Assembly: GCA_041666915.1 (NCBI GenBank)
Contig: JBAYFZ010000001.1
Location: 201,086-265,085, forward strand
Length of the DNA stretch: 64,000 nt
Reading direction: 5' to 3'
DNA from: Minisyncoccota bacterium
Lineage (GTDB): Bacteria > Patescibacteriota > Minisyncoccia > Phycocordibacterales > PALSA-1337
Below are positions 46,895 to 56,120 of this stretch, one piece after another; positions within the stretch are counted from its first letter, which is position 1; the number at the start of each line of letters is the position of its first letter. A model generated the notes under the pieces. It did no database searches. It saw nothing but the letters and a program-made list of their open reading frames with translations, and was not told where the DNA came from. Made by a program: the position numbers and the translations under genes.

Positions 46895-47548
46895 TTAAAT
46901 ATAGAGCCTTATAAACTTTTTTGCAAACGCCAAAATCACTCGAGCTAAATGTGAATCAAAATATGTTACTCTGACACAACCTTTATACCCTTTCTTAGAA
47001 AACAGATGATTACTTTTCTTCATATACGGATTGGTAAATTGCACCAATGATATACCAAGAGTGTCAGACCAAAACGAAAGTATCTCTTTTCTGTTGTGAT
47101 AATCATGTAAATGTACACAAATTCTTAATTTATCTCTATTAATGTCAAAGATATTGCCAAGCATTTTTATAAAAGCACGAACCAATTCTGGATCTGAGTT
47201 AGTAAAAGATATACCTCTGCCATCTTTTGTCCCTTCGCACCAATACATCATAGAAAGAGCGACCATTGAAGTAATTTTATCTTTTTGAACATTCTCAAAT
47301 AATTTATCCGCGATAATATCAGCTTTAATTAGACGCTCTAATTTTTTCTCATGAAGTTTAGCATGTCCTTTAGCCATGTTTATTTTGGTATTTAACTTTA
47401 CACGAGCATCTCCTACAGAACTCAAAATAACATCTTTCGTCCATAAAGATGCCGTACTTTTTGAGATACCAAAACGTTTAGAAATCTCACTCAAAGAATA
47501 ACCTTGGTTGCGTAAAGTTCGTGCATCATTTTTATGAATCGTCTTCAT
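46895..47548 (-). CDS. Hypothetical protein with an N-terminal resolvase-type HTH, inserted between rpmG and tRNA-Trp
   Basis: The HTH is GYSLSEISKRFGISKSTASLW. The remainder (YWCEGTKDGRG...) was not recognised and could be a degenerate homing-endonuclease-like domain. Confidence 0.35.
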   Translation of the reverse strand: MKTIHKNDARTLRNQGYSLSEISKRFGISKSTASLWTKDVILSSVGDARVKLNTKINMAKGHAKLHEKKLERLIKADIIADKLFENVQKDKITSMVALSMMYWCEGTKDGRGISFTNSDPELVRAFIKMLGNIFDINRDKLRICVHLHDYHNRKEILSFWSDTLGISLVQFTNPYMKKSNHLFSKKGYKGCVRVTYFDSHLARVILAFAKKFIRLYI

Positions 47549-47620
47549 TCGACGATTATATCAGATATAACAAAAACGATTCTCACTCATGTAGAATCGT
47601 TTAAATTATAAAATAAAATA

Positions 47621-47776
47621 CTATTTCTTGGCTTCCTTGAAAACGACGTGCTTTCTCAATTTGGCACTGTATTTCTTGAGTTCTATCTTCTTTTCAACAG
47701 TCTTCCTGTTCTTGCGAGACCAATAAACCTCGCCAGTTAACTTGTTTTTGAGCTGTATAAGTTTGTCTTGTGACAT
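47621..47776 (-). CDS. rpmG: 50S ribosomal protein L33
   Basis: The 51 aa product is MSQDKLIQLKNKLTGEVYWSRKNRKTVEKKIELKKYSAKLRKHVVFKEAKK. Compare E. coli L33 ...[29 protein letters not shown]. It is below the ORF-track cutoff. Confidence 0.85.
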   Translation of the reverse strand: MSQDKLIQLKNKLTGEVYWSRKNRKTVEKKIELKKYSAKLRKHVVFKEAKK

Positions 47777-47823
47777 GATTGTATTACTATTTAGAACCCA
47801 TAATATATCCTATAAACGAAAAA

Positions 47824-47851
47824 CCCGCAAGCTGCTTATGCAACTTGCGGG
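47824..47851 (-). terminator. Rho-independent terminator (CCCGCAAG-loop-CTTGCGGG plus U-run on minus strand) after the 150 aa secreted-protein gene
   Basis: Read directly. It is a near-paralogue of the hairpin at 48395. Confidence 0.55.
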
Positions 47852-47874
47852 GTGAAACGTATCAATCAGAAGCT

Positions 47875-48327
47875 TTAATTCTTGCCGTTAACAATAGCGA
47901 CTGTAGTCGCATTATTGTTAATATTTGTTAATGGGTAGATATAAGTCGTACCGACCCACTCAACAATCTTGAGGTATCCACTATTGGAATATTCACCCTC
48001 AAAATAAAACTTCTCATTGATACGGTAAAAATTGCGAACTTCGTTCGTCTGCTGACCATTTTTATTGGTCTTATTGACAAGGACGTTCATCTCTCTTATG
48101 TCATACGGTTCCACTTTGATTGGTTTCGTAAGATACAAGAAGTTGGTATACCCGATGGCGGTTGGATTGTATCCACCTTTGGGTATAACTGGCTTAGCCA
48201 AGTTTTCTTCATTGATCTGTTCATTGGTTTGCGCACCGACGTTGGTCGTAAACAATATGACAATAATCATTAGAATCTTCGCGATTGTTTTCATTTGTTT
48301 CCTTTCTAACAATACCCTATCACACAT
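47875..48327 (-). CDS. Secreted hypothetical protein (150 aa)
   Basis: The signal peptide is MKTIAKILMIIVILFTTNVGAQT. Confidence 0.45.
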   Translation of the reverse strand: MCDRVLLERKQMKTIAKILMIIVILFTTNVGAQTNEQINEENLAKPVIPKGGYNPTAIGYTNFLYLTKPIKVEPYDIREMNVLVNKTNKNGQQTNEVRNFYRINEKFYFEGEYSNSGYLKIVEWVGTTYIYPLTNINNNATTVAIVNGKN

Positions 48328-48394
48328 ATATCACATTTGTCAAACAGCAATGCCGTAGATTCAACTTTTTCTTTCTCAATCTTATAAAAACAAA

Positions 48395-48425
48395 CCCCGT
48401 AAACTGCTTTCGCAATTTACGGGGG
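48395..48425 (-). terminator. Rho-independent terminator (CCCCGTAAA-loop-TTTACGGGG) after the 350 aa secreted-protein gene
   Basis: Read directly. Confidence 0.55.
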
Positions 48426-48445
48426 TGAAATCAAATTAGGGTTGA

Positions 48446-49498
48446 TTAGCCCTTGCCACCACTCTCATTGTTATTTAACGGTTGCATATTCTTTTCGTGG
48501 TCAAAACGAATAAGAATTGTCCCTTGTGGCTTGACTGAAAATTTAACGGGTTCAATGTATGGATTAAACTCCTTCCAATCGGCATTTGGATTTTCTGCCA
48601 AAGCTTCTGAGGATATAACCGACACTTTAACCGGATAACGTTTGAGACCAGCCCGAAACGTCACCTGTACTATAATTTCTTTTAAGAACGAGTACGACGC
48701 ACGGATAATCTGATCCGTATCTTCGTAATCAATACTAAACGTATCGGCAGGAACCGATCGAATACCTTTAATCGTTGGGTTAAACCCACCAGCCGAGACA
48801 TTTTCCGTCGACTTACGATTTCCAGTACCGAGGTCATAGATAATTCGTGAACCATTATTCATAACCAGATTGAATTCCCCATTTCTGGAGACCAATTCTT
48901 TTGTAAGAAAAATGATTCCGCGATCCATCCAATAACCATCACCTTGTCTGAAACTATAGAACCCGTTTTGATTACCATTTTCATCCTTAGTAACGATGTA
49001 AGCATCTGTCATACCAGGAATGACGAACGGGATTCCATAATAATCCAGTTCAACCTTGCAGGCGTCCGAAGGAACTCCCCATCCACCTTTTTGAGGCTCT
49101 AACATAAACTCCTTCTGTCCTGAAAATAAGGCAAAAGAAGTAGAATAACCATCCGACAATGCAATCTCGCGACTATTGTACGAGATGTACGATGTCAACT
49201 TATCGTCAGTAGTTGCATCAAACCGCAAGACCTGAGATCTGGCGACATAGGCCATACGATCAGGGTCCGCATCCTTATAAGGGTAGTCCACGGATTGATA
49301 ACTGTTTCCCTGTACCGACGATCCGTAAACCTGAACGTTAATTCTCCCCACCATTGTCAAGGCGTAAGCCTTGAGAACTTCCTCTGAAGCTAGTGGGATC
49401 TTTTCAGGGATCGCAGTTACAGCCTGTTGGGTTGGGGTTTGAGCAGAGATGCTTAACACGAAAGTTAGCATCATTATTATTGATGACACGATCTTCAT
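48446..49498 (-). CDS. Secreted hypothetical protein (350 aa)
   Basis: The signal peptide is MKIVSSIIMMLTFVLSISAQT. Confidence 0.45.
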   Translation of the reverse strand: MKIVSSIIMMLTFVLSISAQTPTQQAVTAIPEKIPLASEEVLKAYALTMVGRINVQVYGSSVQGNSYQSVDYPYKDADPDRMAYVARSQVLRFDATTDDKLTSYISYNSREIALSDGYSTSFALFSGQKEFMLEPQKGGWGVPSDACKVELDYYGIPFVIPGMTDAYIVTKDENGNQNGFYSFRQGDGYWMDRGIIFLTKELVSRNGEFNLVMNNGSRIIYDLGTGNRKSTENVSAGGFNPTIKGIRSVPADTFSIDYEDTDQIIRASYSFLKEIIVQVTFRAGLKRYPVKVSVISSEALAENPNADWKEFNPYIEPVKFSVKPQGTILIRFDHEKNMQPLNNNESGGKG

Positions 49499-49539
49499 AC
49501 TTTTTCCTTTTTTTGGTTTTTTGTTTGGTTTTTACAACA

Positions 49540-49851
49540 TCATTTAATGACTGGCTGAGCACGATACTCAACCGTCACCCTATTAGTCAGACTGGACTTA
49601 GACTCCAACACGACAGGTGTTTGAGTCTTAACAACTGCAGGACTAATCTGCAAAGTCGCTGGTACTATAGGGGCATCCTTCATCTTACAATTAGAGGTAG
49701 CGATCCCGAGGACCGATGCCATAATTATCAAACTAAAGATACAAATCCAAATATTTGAATCTTTGGATTTTTCCGTACTTTCAATATTTTTTCGCATAAC
49801 TTTGTTTCCAAGTTTTTTCATCCAACAAAAACCATATCTTCTCGCACACAC
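49540..49851 (-). CDS. Small secreted/anchored hypothetical protein (103 aa)
   Basis: It has an N-terminal hydrophobic segment. It is co-oriented with the two upstream secreted-protein genes. Confidence 0.35.
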   Translation of the reverse strand: MCARRYGFCWMKKLGNKVMRKNIESTEKSKDSNIWICIFSLIIMASVLGIATSNCKMKDAPIVPATLQISPAVVKTQTPVVLESKSSLTNRVTVEYRAQPVIK

Positions 49852-50014
49852 GAAAAGATAAAACTACGGCTTATCTTAGCCGTAATTCACAATATGTGGT
49901 TTTCAAGGAATGAAAATAGGCTTTTGAGCCTTTGTTTAATCTCCTAGTAGACTAGCATACATAAGCCCTATATGTCAAGTAGTATGAAAAAGCTACTCGG
50001 CGTACAATAAACCG

Positions 50015-51196
50015 ATGAAAAACCCTTTAACTTGGCTGTCCCGTCGTCGTTTTCCATACGAACCCCTCATCAAGGTTGAGATATCAAAAAGTAGACTTAC
50101 TCACAATTTGAACGAGTTCAAAAAACTAGCTCCAGAAAATAAAATCGCTCCTGTTTTGAAAAGTAACGCCTATGGACATGGATTGTTGGAAATCGCTAAC
50201 CTTCTAGAATCAGAAATAAAAAAGAGTGGGATAATGAAAAAACACCTCCCCTTCTTCGTTGTTGATTCATATTTTGAAGCAGTAGCATTACGAGCAAAAG
50301 GGATCAAAACTCCTCTGTTGATTATCGGATACACCCGACCAGAAACTATATTAACTTCACATCTTTCCCATATCAGTTACACCATCTCAAATCTGGAATC
50401 ATTACAAGCTATAAAAAATTGCAAGCACACAATTTCCATTCATTTGAAAATAGATACCGGAATGCATCGTCAAGGGATACTACCAAGTGAAATAGATCAG
50501 ACTATTCAATATCTCAAAAATAGTCCTAGGGTATCACTAGATGGTATCTGTTCTCATCTATGCGATGCTGATAATCAAGATTCAAAATTTACAAAAAATC
50601 AAATTTCTATATGGAATAATGCTGTCAAAAAAATAAAAAATGAATTCCCTAACATTAAATACATTCATCTAAGTGCTACCGATGGACACAAATATTCTCC
50701 TATTATAGAAGCTAACGTTTCCAGACTTGGTTTGGGTCTTTATGGTATTACAGAAAAATTTAACGCTGAACTAGACCTTCAACCTGTCTTAGAGATGAAG
50801 ACTATCATTACAGGGATAAAAAAACTAAGACAGGGAGAAACTATAGGCTACAACAATACTTTCAAGGCAGAACGAGATATGACCGTAGCCACGATACCCG
50901 TCGGATATTTTGAAGGTGTAGATCGTAAATTATCTAATATTGGCGCTATTGAAGTTGTCCACGGATCAACAAATCAGAAAACAATCTGCCCCATCATAGG
51001 CAGAGTCAGTATGAATATTACGAGTATAGATATTTCTGGTATAAGTGATGTCTCTATTGGTACTGAGGTTATAGTGATCAGTAACAATCCTTCAAATAAA
51101 AATTCTATTCAATCTATCTCCAAACTCTGTGGAACTATTGAGTACGAAAGAGCTGTTCATATTCCTGAACATTTAAAAAGGGTCATAAGTTGCTAA
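50015..51196 (+). CDS. alr: Alanine racemase
   Basis: The PLP-Lys motif is VLKSNAYGHG. A fold-type III C-terminal beta-domain is present. Confidence 0.85.
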   Translation: MKNPLTWLSRRRFPYEPLIKVEISKSRLTHNLNEFKKLAPENKIAPVLKSNAYGHGLLEIANLLESEIKKSGIMKKHLPFFVVDSYFEAVALRAKGIKTPLLIIGYTRPETILTSHLSHISYTISNLESLQAIKNCKHTISIHLKIDTGMHRQGILPSEIDQTIQYLKNSPRVSLDGICSHLCDADNQDSKFTKNQISIWNNAVKKIKNEFPNIKYIHLSATDGHKYSPIIEANVSRLGLGLYGITEKFNAELDLQPVLEMKTIITGIKKLRQGETIGYNNTFKAERDMTVATIPVGYFEGVDRKLSNIGAIEVVHGSTNQKTICPIIGRVSMNITSIDISGISDVSIGTEVIVISNNPSNKNSIQSISKLCGTIEYERAVHIPEHLKRVISC

Positions 51197-51235
51197 ACAA
51201 GCCAAATAATATTAGAATCATTGGGTTCGCCAAAA

Positions 51236-51319
51236 GCGCAGGTGGCAGAGCGGTCAATTGCAATGGACTGTAAATCCATCGCCCTATGGGCTACGAAGGT
51301 TCAAATCCTTCCCTGCGCA
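51236..51319 (+). tRNA. tRNA-Tyr (anticodon GTA), type II
   Basis: Hand-folded: acceptor GCGCAGG/CCUGCGC, anticodon stem AUGGA/UCCAU with loop CUGUAAA, a long variable arm, and T arm GAAGG-UUCAAAU-CCUUC. Confidence 0.8.
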
Positions 51320-51324
51320 CTACG

Positions 51325-51350
51325 AAAAAACCGAGTTTTACTCGGTTTTT
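51325..51350 (+). terminator. Rho-independent terminator after tRNA-Tyr (AAAACCGAG-UUUUA-CUCGGUUUUU)
   Basis: Read directly. Confidence 0.65.
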
Positions 51351-51450
51351 GAGTGGGCGCAGAGCGACGTGCCTGAGTACGTCGCAGTAAAAAAATCCTT
51401 CCCTCAAAATTTTCTTTTGCTTCTTTTTGAAGTTGGTGTATCATTCCTAA

Positions 51451-51768
51451 ATGGAAATAATTTATTGGAATGAAAAAGTACAAGAATTTATAGACGGTCT
51501 CGATAAGATCACATCCTCCCGCGTAAAAAAGACGATAAATTCTCTGGAAAAATTCGGACATTTATTAGGAATGCCTGATTCTAAAAGCTTAGGTAAGGGA
51601 TTATTTGAACTTAGAACTCTCGGTAAAAATCAAATAAGAATTTTGTATATATTCCATGACAATAAGGTTTATATTATTCACGGTTTTATCAAAAAAGCTT
51701 GGAAAATAAGTATAAAAGACATTAGTTATGCTAGGAGAATTCAGAATGAGGTCGTTGGATTTGCATAA
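51451..51768 (+). CDS. Type II toxin, Gp49-like/HigB-like (RelE/ParE superfamily)
   Basis: The 105 aa product has GKGLFELRTLGKNQIRILYIFHDNKVYIIHGFIKKAWKISIKDISYA, matching the Gp49 (PF05973)-like pattern. Confidence 0.7.
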   Translation: MEIIYWNEKVQEFIDGLDKITSSRVKKTINSLEKFGHLLGMPDSKSLGKGLFELRTLGKNQIRILYIFHDNKVYIIHGFIKKAWKISIKDISYARRIQNEVVGFA

Positions 51769-51794
51769 TATACCGTATATGCTATATTAGTACC

Positions 51795-52064
51795 ATGATG
51801 AAAACGCACAAACAAGTCATGGAAGAATTTCTTAGGGATCCAGAAAATAAGAAAGCTTATGATAGTCTTGAAGTTGAATTCAAAATTCACGATGCACTTA
51901 TAGAAGCCCGAATCCAAAAGAAACTCACTCAAAAACAGTTAGCTTCAAAACTGGGGATTACCCAATCAGCTCTTGCACGTTTTGAATCTGGCAGAACAAA
52001 TCCCACTCTTTCTTTTCTCCAAAAAATTACTTCTGGATTGGGTTTGAAACTTACCATAATTTAG
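51795..52064 (+). CDS. XRE-family HTH antitoxin (HigA-like)
   Basis: The HTH is LTQKQLASKLGITQSALARFESGRTNPTLSFLQKI. It follows the toxin immediately. Confidence 0.7.
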   Translation: MMKTHKQVMEEFLRDPENKKAYDSLEVEFKIHDALIEARIQKKLTQKQLASKLGITQSALARFESGRTNPTLSFLQKITSGLGLKLTII

Positions 52065-52090
52065 ATTATTATAGTCAATAGTAGTTACCA

Positions 52091-52118
52091 CAAAAAAACC
52101 GAGACATCCTCGGCTTTT
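52091..52118. terminator. Bidirectional terminator (CCGAG-ACATC-CUCGG flanked by A- and U-runs)
   Basis: Read directly. It lies between convergent genes. Confidence 0.55.
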
Positions 52119-52143
52119 TGTTTCTATTTTCTTTATTATTATA

Positions 52144-53106
52144 TTATTTCTGTGCCAATGAATGTGTTGGTAGACCTTCGGCGTAAATACGCTGAACTTC
52201 TGAAGCAGTAAGACTCTTGCCTGCGAACATGACTTCATCGTAATAACCACCGGCTACCCAGTCATTGTTATAGGAAAGCAAAATATATTTAACATTAGTC
52301 ATATTACCCGTCGCAAAGACATCAGAAGCCGTTACCTGTTTTCCATTTATATACAAAGAATAACTAGAAGTCGTAGTATCAATTTTCTTTACTGATACAG
52401 CAAGATGAGCCCACTGATTTGATTTGATACTAAAAGCAACATCCCCTAGATAAGCAGAAACAAATGGCCTAATCGTATTGACACTTGAAACTGAATCATA
52501 TTGTGCATATAAAGCAAAAGTCGAAGCGTTATCAGCATTACCAACACCAAACATCATACCCGTAAAACTTGTTCTATGACTTGTTGGTTTAAACCAAAAA
52601 CTAAAAGAATAATCTCCGTTACTAAAATTAATTAAATCGGAAGTTGAGACAAACTTAAGTCCATCAACAAAAGGAGATGCTGCTATATTACCGAAATTAT
52701 TACCCCTTTTATACAAATCTGTATCTCCTGTAAAAGGAGATCCACCAAAAGACGAACTCAAATACACACCATTGATACACGTAAATGCAACTGAAGGACA
52801 AGGACCATTTACACCAACACTCTTTCCCAAATTAGGTACAGAATATAAACCAGCAGAGGTCCAACTTGCATTATCAAAATCAAAGTAAACCAAAGCATCA
52901 TCATACAGAGCCGACTTTGTGTTGTTGGCAAAAGTTTTGCCAGCTGCAACATATGCAGTGGCTCGAACATTACCCAGAGTAACCAACGTTATTGATGCCA
53001 ACGTTCCAATAATAGAAATAACCACCAAAAGTTCAATAAGAGTAAAACCTGAACTTCTGTGTTTGCTTGTAAAGTTAATGATTTTCATATGCTGTTGATT
53101 ATACAA
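52144..53106 (-). CDS. Type IV pilin-like protein (prepilin N-terminal methylation motif) with a LamG/concanavalin-like C-terminal domain
   Basis: G|FTLIELLVVISIIGTLASI has Glu at +5. Downstream is a beta-rich domain (DYSFSFWFKPTSH...), a LamG-like signature. The likely start is MKIINFTSK. Confidence 0.65.
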   Translation of the reverse strand: MYNQQHMKIINFTSKHRSSGFTLIELLVVISIIGTLASITLVTLGNVRATAYVAAGKTFANNTKSALYDDALVYFDFDNASWTSAGLYSVPNLGKSVGVNGPCPSVAFTCINGVYLSSSFGGSPFTGDTDLYKRGNNFGNIAASPFVDGLKFVSTSDLINFSNGDYSFSFWFKPTSHRTSFTGMMFGVGNADNASTFALYAQYDSVSSVNTIRPFVSAYLGDVAFSIKSNQWAHLAVSVKKIDTTTSSYSLYINGKQVTASDVFATGNMTNVKYILLSYNNDWVAGGYYDEVMFAGKSLTASEVQRIYAEGLPTHSLAQK

Positions 53107-53141
53107 TAATACTTAATTAAATAATAATCTATAGTTATCCA

Positions 53142-53945
53142 CTACTTACATAAACTCTTGATTTCAACCACAATCTGATCCAATGACGTAGAAGCCTTCA
53201 CCAGAAACTTATTGGCACCCAAATCCTTTGCTTTTTCAATATCAGAAGACTTGCTTAGATTGGATAATACCATTCTTGGCACTTTTTGTAGAGCAGAATT
53301 ATCTTTGATTTTCTGTAAAATATCAAAACCGCCCATACCAGGCAAAAGAAGGTCAATAACTATCACATCTGGTACTCTGGATTCTAAAGATTTGATAGCT
53401 TCTTCGCCACTCATAGCATGAACCAGATCAAAACCAGAAGAAACCAATTTTTTTGACAAAATCGTACCTATCAACTTGTCATCTTCTATCCACAAAATCT
53501 TCTTCTTTGTTATTGGAGAAAGTTCTGATTCATCAACAGTAGCTTGTGGATAATCAAAAAATTCATTTATATTTTTCAAAATTTCTACAGGTTTAGTGGG
53601 TGGTGAAATGATGATCTGAGCATTACTATCTCTAGGAATACTATTCATATTTATAACCGCTCCAGATGTAGAAAGTAAAATAACAGGAATTTTTGACAGT
53701 AACGGCTCTGCTTGTTTCCTTTTCAAAATTTGATATCCATCAGTATCCGGCAGAGTAACATCCAATATAATGAGGTGCGGTAATATATCATACACATTCT
53801 TCAAACCTTCTTCGCCATTTTTGATAAGGAAAACACTTTCATAACCATCTGCTTTTAGAGTATCAAGCAATTGTTTTCCAAAAGATTCGGAACTTTCTAT
53901 AATGACGATTTTTTCCTTCTTAAAAGAAAGAGTGTTCGTAGCCAT
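53142..53945 (-). CDS. Tandem-receiver (REC-REC) response regulator without an output domain
   Basis: There are two CheY-like domains. The phospho-acceptor Asp positions are in ILDVTLPDTDG and VIDLLLPGMGG, and conserved Lys positions follow. Confidence 0.7.
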   Translation of the reverse strand: MATNTLSFKKEKIVIIESSESFGKQLLDTLKADGYESVFLIKNGEEGLKNVYDILPHLIILDVTLPDTDGYQILKRKQAEPLLSKIPVILLSTSGAVINMNSIPRDSNAQIIISPPTKPVEILKNINEFFDYPQATVDESELSPITKKKILWIEDDKLIGTILSKKLVSSGFDLVHAMSGEEAIKSLESRVPDVIVIDLLLPGMGGFDILQKIKDNSALQKVPRMVLSNLSKSSDIEKAKDLGANKFLVKASTSLDQIVVEIKSLCK

Positions 53946-53978
53946 ACCACTATTTTAGCATATAACAAAAATAAAGGT

Positions 53979-56066
53979 TTACTTCTTTTTCTTGATTATT
54001 GCAATACCAAATTTCTCCTCCAAAACGAACAATTCATCTCGTATTAGAGCCGCGGTTTCAAAATCAAGATTTTTGACTGCTTCAGCCATTTGCTCCTCCT
54101 TTTGCTTAAAAAGTAACTTCGGATTGGTCTTACCCAATTCTTCATCTATAAGGATCAACTCATGTACAGCTTTTTCATGTTCAGTCCTCAAATGATCCGT
54201 AATATCATGAATATTTTTTATAATAGTCTTAGGAGTGATGTTATGTTTGGTATTATAAGCAACCTGAATAGCGCGTCTACGATCGGTCTCTTTGATTGCC
54301 CTATCTATTGAACCAGTGACATTGTCTGCATAGAGAATAACTTTACCAGCAGAATTACGAGCTGCTCTACCGATAGTTTGAATAAGAGAAGTCTCTGAAC
54401 GCAAAAAACCTTCTTTATCTGCGTCAAGAATACCTATAAGAGAAACTTCTGGCAGATCCAATCCTTCACGAAGCAAGTTAACCCCAACCAAACATTCATA
54501 TTTTCCCCTTCTAAATTCTGTAAGAATAGTAATTCTTTCCATAGTTTTTATATCACTATGTAAATAAGTAGTTTTTATACCCTTCTCTTTCAAAAATTCA
54601 GAAAGATCCTCTGCCATTTTCTTTGTAAGCGTAGTAGCAAGGACACGATCACCTTTTTTTATTGTCTTTTCCGTTTCATTTATAAAATCAAAAATCTGAC
54701 CTTTATATTTTCCGCTTTCGCGAATAGGTCTGATTTCAACTTCTGGGTCTATAAGTCCAGTTGGTCTGATAACTTGTTCTACTATTTGCTTACTAGTCTC
54801 ATGCTCATAATCAGAAGGTGTAGCAGAAGTGTAGATCATCGGACCAACCCTTTCCAAAAATTCTGCAAAATTAAGCGGGCGATTGTCTTTGGCAGAAGGT
54901 AGACGAAAACCGTGTTCAACAAGGGTTTCCTTACGAGAAGCATCACCAGCGAACATGCCTCGGATTTGTGGTATAGCCACATGTGACTCATCAATAATAG
55001 TCAAAAAATCTGGTACTTTTTTAGCATTTGGACCAGCCCCGAGCGTAATTGATGGAAAATATGAGAGTAAAGTATCTGGCGGTTCGCCTGGCATTTTGCC
55101 AGAAAAATGACGAGAATAATTTTCAATACCATTCGTATATCCAACTTCACGAATCATAGAAAGATCGTATTTGACTCTGCGCTTCAATCTTTCTACTTCC
55201 AAAGTCTTACCTTCCTTCTCCATAACTTTCAATCTATCAGCCAATTCGGCCTGAATAGTTTTGACGGCTTTTTCACTCTGTTCAGGACTACTGATAAAAT
55301 GTTTGGCTGGAAAAATGAAGATGGTGCGACCCTCGTCCCGATGTTCAACATCAGAATCACGAACAGCTCTAGAAACAGGGTCCAATTCTACAATATGACT
55401 GATAACGCCACCATCAAATTCTATTCTGAAAATAGTCTTTTCATTGACCGGCATAATTTCTAAAGTATTTCCAAGTGCACGAAATTGACCAGAATTGATA
55501 TCTGCGTTTGTACGAACAAAATGAATATCTATAAGTTTACGGATAAGTTCTGAACGAGACAATTCCATACCTACTTTTATCTTCAAATTTACTTTTTCAT
55601 ATTCTTCTGGACTTCCCAGACCGTAAATACAAGAAACCGATGCAACTATGATCACATCTTTTCTTGTAAGCAAAGCTTGTGTGGAGGCGTGGCGAAGTCT
55701 CTCAATCTCTTCGTTGATCATCGCTTCTTTTTCTATATAAGTATCAGTTGCTGGCATATACGCCTCTGGCTGATAGTAGTCATAATAAGAGACGAAATAA
55801 TGAACAGCGTTATTTGGAAAAAATTCTTTGTATTCTTGAGCGAGTTGAGCAGCCAAAGTCTTGTTATGAGCAATAACTAGAGTAGGTTTACCATAAGAAG
55901 CAATAACATTGGCCATGGTAAAAGTCTTACCTGAACCGGTAACACCGAGCAGGGTTTGCCTATCAAAAGACTTCTCCAAGCCCTCTATAAGGCCTTTTAT
56001 AGCCTTTGGCTGGTCTCCAGCGGGTTTGAATGGAGTAGCTAGCTTGAATGGTGATTTACCTGACAT
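53979..56066 (-). CDS. uvrB: Excinuclease ABC subunit B
   Basis: GVTGSGKTF is present, together with the helicase motifs, beta-hairpin region and C-terminal UvrB/UvrC interaction helix. The length is 695 aa. Confidence 0.9.
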   Translation of the reverse strand: MSGKSPFKLATPFKPAGDQPKAIKGLIEGLEKSFDRQTLLGVTGSGKTFTMANVIASYGKPTLVIAHNKTLAAQLAQEYKEFFPNNAVHYFVSYYDYYQPEAYMPATDTYIEKEAMINEEIERLRHASTQALLTRKDVIIVASVSCIYGLGSPEEYEKVNLKIKVGMELSRSELIRKLIDIHFVRTNADINSGQFRALGNTLEIMPVNEKTIFRIEFDGGVISHIVELDPVSRAVRDSDVEHRDEGRTIFIFPAKHFISSPEQSEKAVKTIQAELADRLKVMEKEGKTLEVERLKRRVKYDLSMIREVGYTNGIENYSRHFSGKMPGEPPDTLLSYFPSITLGAGPNAKKVPDFLTIIDESHVAIPQIRGMFAGDASRKETLVEHGFRLPSAKDNRPLNFAEFLERVGPMIYTSATPSDYEHETSKQIVEQVIRPTGLIDPEVEIRPIRESGKYKGQIFDFINETEKTIKKGDRVLATTLTKKMAEDLSEFLKEKGIKTTYLHSDIKTMERITILTEFRRGKYECLVGVNLLREGLDLPEVSLIGILDADKEGFLRSETSLIQTIGRAARNSAGKVILYADNVTGSIDRAIKETDRRRAIQVAYNTKHNITPKTIIKNIHDITDHLRTEHEKAVHELILIDEELGKTNPKLLFKQKEEQMAEAVKNLDFETAALIRDELFVLEEKFGIAIIKKKK

Positions 56067-56120
56067 ATTCTCACAATAACATCAAAATCGGGTTATGACC
56101 ACATATCAACATGGCCCCTA

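Noticed and set aside
51258-51561. ORFs 51258-51473 (+) and 51301-51561 (-)
   Set aside because: They overlap tRNA-Tyr and its terminator, so they are spurious.
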